Source: an uncultured delta proteobacterium
GTDB lineage: Bacteria > Desulfobacterota > Desulfobacteria > Desulfobacterales > JAFDCJ01
Assembly: GCA_963769935.1 (NCBI GenBank)
Contig: CAVYNY010000001.1
Location: 32,001 to 96,000, forward strand
Length of the DNA stretch: 64,000 bases
Reading direction: 5' to 3'
Shown here: positions 58,701 to 64,000 of the stretch, piece by piece
Layout of the letters: the number at the start of each line of letters is the position of its first letter
Position numbering within the stretch: the first letter of the stretch is position 1
The notes under the pieces: model-generated
Database searches by the model: none
What the model was told of the DNA's origin: nothing
The model's input: the letters and a program-made list of their open reading frames with translations, nothing else
Position numbers and translations under genes: made by a program

Positions 58701-59553
58701 AGCGCAAAACTTTTATTATGAGACCTTTAATATAAGGCCCCTGCAGGCTGAAATTGCGTTTCAGCAGGATAAAACGGTTATAGCCGTCACCAAAGCAGAT
58801 GTTTGCGGCCTATCATTGCGGGGATTGGTGAATGTAGCGGACAAGGCATTGGATTTGTATTTTGTTCCGACGCCCGTCGATCATAACCTGGATTCCACCC
58901 TTGCCTGTTTGACCGCTAAAAAGAGTCTGGCTACCGGCACGTACAACCTCAGCGGGGAAATCATGGCAAAAACCAAGCCGGAAGCACTTTCACGCTCTCT
59001 CACCGGTAAGCTGGCTTTTTCAGCCGAAAAAGGCCGCATTTACCGATTCGGTTTGCTGGCTAAGCTCCTGGCTATTTTGAACCTCACCGAAATTTACCGC
59101 GGAAATATTCCGGACCTGGCCGGTGAGGGATTTGCCTACCACAGCATGTCGGCCAGTGCCAAGCTGCAGGGGGGTAAAATTACCATGGAAGACTGTACTA
59201 TTGACGGCGCCTCAATGGGGATTGCCTGCAAGGGCGACATTGATCTGGCCCGCAAAGAGATGGATTTGATTATCCTGGTGGCACCGTTTAAAACCGTTGA
59301 TCGCATTGTGGACATCCTGCCTTTGATCGGCCGCGTTTTAGGGGGCAAACTGATCTCCATCCCGTTTCGGGCCAAAGGCGATCTGGATGATCCTGAAGTG
59401 TATCCGCTGCCGCCGACGGCGGTGGGCTCGGGTCTGCTGGGAATACTGGAACGAACATTGAAACTGCCGCTTACCATAATCCAACCGGTGATTTCGGGCC
59501 TAAAAAACGGCAAGCCCCGGCAACCGACCGTCGAGGGTGAATCGCCCTACTAG
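55741..59553 (+). CDS. AsmA-like (AsmA/YhdP/TamB superfamily) intermembrane protein
   Basis: N-terminal TM anchor; long beta-repeat body; C-terminal G.IDL..MDL..LVAP..DILPLIGRVL..F..KGDLDDPEV. Confidence 0.8.
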   Translation: MPNRKNIISFLTRSLLVFIFLAVVVMVFTPGLINLEMVKKTIKENISSNVGGRITYRNLKLSYFPRPHVVIREAEISLPESYTINIQWMRIYPKIWPLFKGRLQFDYIKLDYADYFMKLPRIQDAAPAQPERRRSWDEMAKAFTEAVRNLPEFKLPDLDLRVNNGRVNLIDPSGQKFMLRELQARYVRSRAGLDFSLQCKSNLWERIDISGLLDPADFKGHGRVQLSGFRPQTLIAYLFPDSALRMTDTRASVNIDFQSDGAGSIQADVIGTMPLLEFNRRSAKLVVKGVRLKGAVRVDGNSARADLTELGLEYPALNTTGTFSYDENLHDIQLALNGSRIDADSVRQAALALLGESETVRAIFEVIRGGRVPWMTVRVRGRTIRDFGLLDNIVIQGRMTRGRIFIPGAKLDLEEVFGDADISNGILKGEKLQARFGKSYGQDGSMALGLNQKLAPFHLDIGVNADLSQLSPVLNRIVADRDFLSELERIKDVAGTAQGKLTLGDDLENLSARVEVTQVQADIRYNRIPYPIKISGGRFFFEANRIAIHNFNAAIGNSSLSQLSATIDWAQTPTLKTISKTAHFDLAELHAWLLSFETFKTSLADIRSLNGMIAAEDLSIRGPMFNPRNWDFQTRGAIGKLTLTSSRLPQTLRIDRGNFTCRGRQLDFSQVDASLGKSSVARVFGNVNWGGKAIVSATSGASLFNLEDINPVFFSDKDLATALKGFRPLTGKLAFDRLTFSGPVSEPTSRQVSFSADVRQLTIHSRRFPGALRINRGQFTWHNNQLDLKNIEAAFGKSTISRLSASYHPDRNAWFELHCGMAQLAAGEIHPFLSSFGELQPVVRDFSTSEGILTLTDFGLSGPFHEPAAWQYDSTGKMQNVLVHSEALTEPVTVNSGTFKLSTETSAGITRRRISIEKAKLTWNDKPLTIAGTLSSSASETLLDISIDADGPEWNQITKFLDYAGRRKTLSDKSGHRRNLRGSIRFSAQNFYYETFNIRPLQAEIAFQQDKTVIAVTKADVCGLSLRGLVNVADKALDLYFVPTPVDHNLDSTLACLTAKKSLATGTYNLSGEIMAKTKPEALSRSLTGKLAFSAEKGRIYRFGLLAKLLAILNLTEIYRGNIPDLAGEGFAYHSMSASAKLQGGKITMEDCTIDGASMGIACKGDIDLARKEMDLIILVAPFKTVDRIVDILPLIGRVLGGKLISIPFRAKGDLDDPEVYPLPPTAVGSGLLGILERTLKLPLTIIQPVISGLKNGKPRQPTVEGESPY

Positions 59554-60030
59554 GGCTGTCTCCTGCACACCGCCGGCCAAAAACGGCGGTCGATTTTTCC
59601 CAACCTTGAAAACCTGGTCCTTGGAGGCCAGGCCGCAGATAATAAGCTTTTCCGTAAATGAATGCCGCGGGGTATTGGCCCGCCCTGGCGCGACGTAATG
59701 AGAATTTACGGCAGATTTGTCCTTTTCAGGAAAAAAAATATCTAAAATTCAATTTAGGTAAAAGGCGGTCTGGGGTGAAGTCAGGATTCAGAATTCGATT
59801 TTCACTGACACCTGAAACCTGAAACCATGAACAGATTTGGCCTATGGCAAAGCCAATATCCTCTGACCTGGCCCACAGGACCAAGTTTGCAACTTTGGAA
59901 TCAAAGCCCGACCTTCCGGGCGAGGGATGATTTTCCCGGTTGACTTTTGCACGAGAGTACACATATTCACTTAAATGAATTTTAGTGATTTCATTTAGTT
60001 ACAATCCACCAACCAAAAAGGAGAATAGCG

Positions 60031-60252
60031 ATGGCGTACACATGTAAAAATTGCGGTGCCGTGGCCGATGCGCCGGGACATTTGTGCAATCCCTGCGGCG
60101 ACCGGAAAAAATGCAGCTTCTGCGGAGCTCCCAGTGTCGATCATACCCATATATGTAAAGATAAACTGGCAGCAATGAAATATGTCTGCGAAGGCTGCGG
60201 GCGGGTAGCCATGCAGGCGGAACATCTGTGCAAACCGTCAGCCATTGGTTGA
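60031..60252 (+). CDS. Small Cys/His-rich protein with three CxxC..HxC motifs
   Basis: CKNCG..HLC, CSFCG..HIC, CEGCGR..HLCKP; RBS aaggag; terminator immediately downstream. Confidence 0.8.
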   Translation: MAYTCKNCGAVADAPGHLCNPCGDRKKCSFCGAPSVDHTHICKDKLAAMKYVCEGCGRVAMQAEHLCKPSAIG

Positions 60253-60277
60253 CAGAATCGATCCATATAGTATAACT

Positions 60278-60302
60278 AGCGGCAGATTCCTGCCGCTTTT
60301 TT
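60278..60302 (+). terminator. Intrinsic terminator after the small Cys-rich gene
   Basis: AGCGGCAG-ATTC-CTGCCGCT followed by a T run. Confidence 0.75.
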
Positions 60303-60493
60303 CTTGGCCAATCGGCTATGGCAGCCAGGCGGCCGGCGGCGGCGTACGGGCAATAGTCGATGCTGTGCCAAGGGCGCCGTTTCTTGCCGGCATCGTCGGC
60401 AGAACGTTTAATCCCTTGCATGATCATGCGCCAAGTTGATATGAAGGGCAGTTGAACCAGGTCATTCAAGACGCTCAGCGGAGATGTCATAGC

Positions 60494-61483
60494 ATGGATT
60501 CAATCAGGATCTTGGGGACAGGCTCATATTTACCGGCCAATGTATTAACCAATTATGATCTTGAAAAAAGTGGATTGGATACCTCCCACGACTGGATTGT
60601 CCAGCGCACGGGAGTGAGTGCAAGACGAATCGCCGATGCCGACGCCACGACTTCCGATCTGGCCTACGAGGCCAGCCTCAAGGCCCTGGAAATGGCCGGC
60701 AAGCGCGTCGCAGACATCGATCTGATTATTGTGGCCACGATCACGCCCGACACGTGCTGCCCTTCGGCCGCCAATTGGCTTCAAGCCAAACTGGATGCCC
60801 CCCAGGCGGTGACGTTTGATGTGACGGCAGCCTGCTCGGGGTTTATTTTCGCTCTGAATGTTGCCGAACAATATCTGAAAAACAAAACCGTGAAACATGT
60901 TCTGGTAGTCGCCGCTGAAGTCATGTCCCGCACCCTTAACTGGAAAGATCGCACCACGTGTATTCTCTGGGGAGACGGCGCCGGCGCGGCGCTTCTGACC
61001 TTGGGGACTGAGGGCCACGAACTGCTCTCAACCCACTTGCATACCGACGGCGCCAAAGGTCAGGATCTTCTGTTGCCCGGCGGCGGGTCCAAAACCACAC
61101 CGATTTCCCACGAAAGTGTAGACAAGGGCCTGCATTACCTGAACATGATCGAGGCCAATCTCAGTTTTCGAGCGGCCGTCAGAGGGTTTATGGACGGCAT
61201 CAAGGAAGCGACCGAATTCAACAACGTGAATATCGCAGATATCGACTGGTTCATCCCGCATCAGGCCAATATCCGCATGTTTCAGCATATCGGCAAGTCC
61301 CTGAACATCCCGTTCGAGAAATTTTATTTGACCCTGCAAAAATACGGCAATATGTCATCGGCCTCCTGCGCCGTTTCGCTGGACGAAGCCGTGCGCGACG
61401 GCAGTATAAAGCCCCGGGATCTGGTCTGTCTGCCGGTCTTCGGCGGTGGTTTGACCTGGGGCAGTGGACTGATTCGGTGGTAA
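60494..61483 (+). CDS. fabH: 3-oxoacyl-ACP synthase III
   Basis: GTGSYLP, RTG..RR, AACSGF (Cys), GDGAGA, PHQAN (His), YGNMSSAS (Asn), FGGGLTWG. Confidence 0.93.
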   Translation: MDSIRILGTGSYLPANVLTNYDLEKSGLDTSHDWIVQRTGVSARRIADADATTSDLAYEASLKALEMAGKRVADIDLIIVATITPDTCCPSAANWLQAKLDAPQAVTFDVTAACSGFIFALNVAEQYLKNKTVKHVLVVAAEVMSRTLNWKDRTTCILWGDGAGAALLTLGTEGHELLSTHLHTDGAKGQDLLLPGGGSKTTPISHESVDKGLHYLNMIEANLSFRAAVRGFMDGIKEATEFNNVNIADIDWFIPHQANIRMFQHIGKSLNIPFEKFYLTLQKYGNMSSASCAVSLDEAVRDGSIKPRDLVCLPVFGGGLTWGSGLIRW

Positions 61484-61561
61484 CCTTACCTATCTTTAAC
61501 CAAAGTCATGGAATGTATTCAATTTTTGCCGCACTGAATCCTTGGCAAAAATGGAGGAAAA

Positions 61562-63718
61562 ATGCTCAAAGTAGGGCTGGGCCAAAGCGAGAACATCGAT
61601 ACCTTGAGTGCAGTGCGAAATGCCATTGAACAGTGCCGGCAACAGCTGGGACGGCTGATTCCCCAGGCCGGATTTGTGTTTGCGGGAATTGATTTCGATC
61701 ATGAGCTGATGGTGCAGGAAATTTATCACCAATTCCCGGGCCTGGCACTCACCGGTTGTACCACCGGCGGGGAGCTTTCATCGAATTTCGGTTTCAGCGA
61801 CGACTCCATCAGCCTGCTTCTTTTTTATGCGGATCGCATCAAATTTGCGGTGGGCAGGGGGTTAAATGCCTCCGAAAATCCCGCGGCAGCGGTGAAAACG
61901 GCCCTGGATCAGGCGCGCCAAGACCTGGCGGAAAAAGAATCTTTGTGTTTTCTGTTTCCGGATGCCTTTTCCGGGACGCTCAACGAAATTTTGCTCGCCT
62001 TGAATAACAGCCTCGGACCGCAATGTCCGATATTCGGAGGCGCAGCGGGGCGTCAGCTGGACACCGAGAAAGCGCCCAGGCAATTCTTTCGTGACACGGT
62101 CATGCAAGACGCCGTATCGTTGATGCTGGTGGCCGGCAAATTTGAATTAGAATTTTGCATCAGCAACAGCTGGGAACCGATCGGCATGCGGGAGAAAGTC
62201 ACCCAGGTCGCCGGCAAGGAAATCCTTCGCATCGGCGCGCAAACGGCGCTGGATTTTTACCGGTACTATTTGGGCCGCCATTTCGATCCGGTGCCGGAAA
62301 TGCCGCTGGCGGTTTTCGAAAAAAATGACATTGATTTTTATATCCGCACGCCGCTGGAATTCAATGAAGAACGCGGCAGCATTTCGTTTACGGCCCCGAT
62401 TCCGCTGGGAGCCACCGTCCAGCTAACGGAGGCCACGCGCGAACGGATTCTCGAAAATACCCGCACATCCTTGCAGTCGGTAGTTAAAAAAGTATCCCGC
62501 AGCTGGCACCCGTCAGCCGCCCTGATGTTTTCCTGTTTTTCCCGCAAACAGATTCTGGGCACCCGCACCCGGGAAGAACTTCAAATCCTGGAAAATCTGC
62601 TGCCCGACCGGACCCCGATCAGCGGTTTTTATTCCTGGTCTGAATTCAGCCCGCTGCAGCCCAATCAGTCCAGCCGGCTGCATAATTGCACCCTGGTTAC
62701 GGTAATCCTCGGCGAGCGGAATTCGGTGCCGCCGACGGAAAAAATGGCCGAAAATACACAGCCTTCGATAAAACCGGCCCCTGACGGGAACAGCCGTCCG
62801 GCAAAACTGGTGCAGGAAAACCGGTTTTTACGAAAAAAGCTGGAACGCTCGGAAAAATATCGCGAGCGGCTCGAGTTGACCAAAGATTTCAATGCCCTGC
62901 TGCTGAAACAGATCAACCGGGACATCAATAATGCCCGGCTGGAAATTCAGCGCAAAAATGAACTGCTGCGCCAGACCCTGAGCCTGGCGGATGAAATTCA
63001 AAAAAATATGCTGCCCGGAGAAAATCCGGATACCCGCTACTTTCAAATTGCCGGTAAAAGTATCTATTGCAGTGAAACCGGCGGGGATTACTATGACTAT
63101 CTTAATATCGGTGACGACAGCGCTCCTTTCAGCATTGTCATCGGTGATGTAACCGGCCACGGAATCGAGGCCGCTTTGCTGATGACAACCGCCCGAGCCC
63201 TCATCCGCAGCCACCCCGCTCAGCCCGGCACCATTTCCGAAATCATCACCGATGTCAACCGCCACCTGACTTCAGACATCGCTGCCTCCGGCCACTTCAT
63301 GACCTTGTTTTATCTGGTGCTGGATCCGATAAAGCGCTGCCTGCACTGGGTTCGAGCAGGTCACGATGCGGCAATTTCTTATGATCCGACCGGCGACCGG
63401 TTTGAGGAACTAGGAGGACCTGGTCTGGCCCTCGGCGTGGATGCTTCCTTTTTCTATGAAGAACACAAAAAGGATGGGTTGGCCAAGAATCAAATCCTTT
63501 TTATGGGAACCGACGGTATCTGGGAAACCCGTAACCCGAAGGGGGACATGTTCGGCAAGGCGCCGATTTATGACATCATCCGGCAGAAGGCATCCTGCGA
63601 CGCTGTCGAAATTGTTGACAGCGTCATCGGTGCCATGAACGCTTTTCGGCAGGATCTGGAGCCCAATGACGATGCCACACTGGTAGTGGTCAAGGTGAAG
63701 AGGAGCCTATCGGATTAA
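61562..63718 (+). CDS. FIST sensor domains fused via a coiled coil to a SpoIIE/RsbU-type PP2C phosphatase
   Basis: GCTTGGE, IFGGAAG, WEPIG, FSCFSRK, GFYSWSE..LHN (FIST); ADEIQ..LP, TGGDYYD, GDVTGHG, AGH, TDGIWE, DDAT (PP2C). Confidence 0.9.
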   Translation: MLKVGLGQSENIDTLSAVRNAIEQCRQQLGRLIPQAGFVFAGIDFDHELMVQEIYHQFPGLALTGCTTGGELSSNFGFSDDSISLLLFYADRIKFAVGRGLNASENPAAAVKTALDQARQDLAEKESLCFLFPDAFSGTLNEILLALNNSLGPQCPIFGGAAGRQLDTEKAPRQFFRDTVMQDAVSLMLVAGKFELEFCISNSWEPIGMREKVTQVAGKEILRIGAQTALDFYRYYLGRHFDPVPEMPLAVFEKNDIDFYIRTPLEFNEERGSISFTAPIPLGATVQLTEATRERILENTRTSLQSVVKKVSRSWHPSAALMFSCFSRKQILGTRTREELQILENLLPDRTPISGFYSWSEFSPLQPNQSSRLHNCTLVTVILGERNSVPPTEKMAENTQPSIKPAPDGNSRPAKLVQENRFLRKKLERSEKYRERLELTKDFNALLLKQINRDINNARLEIQRKNELLRQTLSLADEIQKNMLPGENPDTRYFQIAGKSIYCSETGGDYYDYLNIGDDSAPFSIVIGDVTGHGIEAALLMTTARALIRSHPAQPGTISEIITDVNRHLTSDIAASGHFMTLFYLVLDPIKRCLHWVRAGHDAAISYDPTGDRFEELGGPGLALGVDASFFYEEHKKDGLAKNQILFMGTDGIWETRNPKGDMFGKAPIYDIIRQKASCDAVEIVDSVIGAMNAFRQDLEPNDDATLVVVKVKRSLSD

Positions 63719-63837
63719 GGGCGGAGATCCGAACACCGGCAAAAGGTTTCGCCTGGTGCGAACATTATGAAAATTCCAAGCACGCTGTTGCCAGTCAGGT
63801 TGATATTGACATAGACCTGAACAAACAGATCGGTTCC

Positions 63838-63866
63838 TTGACACCTGCGCCGAATTTATTTATAGT
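63838..63866 (+). promoter_or_regulatory. Putative sigma70 promoter for a gene at or beyond the window end
   Basis: TTGACA-17 nt-TATAGT. Confidence 0.55.
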
Positions 63867-64000
63867 GAGTCGATCGCAAATGCCGGCTGCTTCATTTTTA
63901 CGGATATCCCATACCGCCGCCCAAATTCGCAAATGCCATGAAATCGGCAATCATGTCATTTGAATTGAACGCCGGCGAATGCGTCTTTGAAAATAACATG

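Overview
64 kb of bacterial chromosome. Gene content and style suggest a Desulfobacterota/Desulfobacterales-like anaerobe (inference). It holds about 45 protein-coding genes: housekeeping (mutM, purB, recD2, tsaA, glyA, split purH, fabH, degQ-like), a glycine/serine/formate C1 neighbourhood (ltaE, a three-subunit NAD-linked formate dehydrogenase, glyA, purH halves, and an internally deleted GcvT-family dehydrogenase), signalling genes (soluble sugar-binding-domain hybrid kinase, CHASE2 Ser/Thr kinase plus FHA protein, FIST-PP2C phosphatase, frameshifted HD-GYP), an orphan exeAB pair and an iscU-iscS pair. I found no rRNA, tRNA, CRISPR array or intact transposase. Most notable: (1) the IscS-like protein lacks the PLP Schiff-base lysine (SLAANTFYGPGG) yet keeps the Cys loop, and its IscU partner has a His-rich/zinc-ribbon tail; (2) many intergenic gaps contain short-period (7/8/9-bp) degenerate tandem repeats arranged as inverted arms, often nested with REP-like palindromes, one arm sitting beside a possible four-helix-bundle gene remnant; (3) a perfect sigma70 promoter is followed by an intrinsic terminator in the leader of the Ser/Thr kinase gene. 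All family calls come from motif recognition by eye; no database searches were run.
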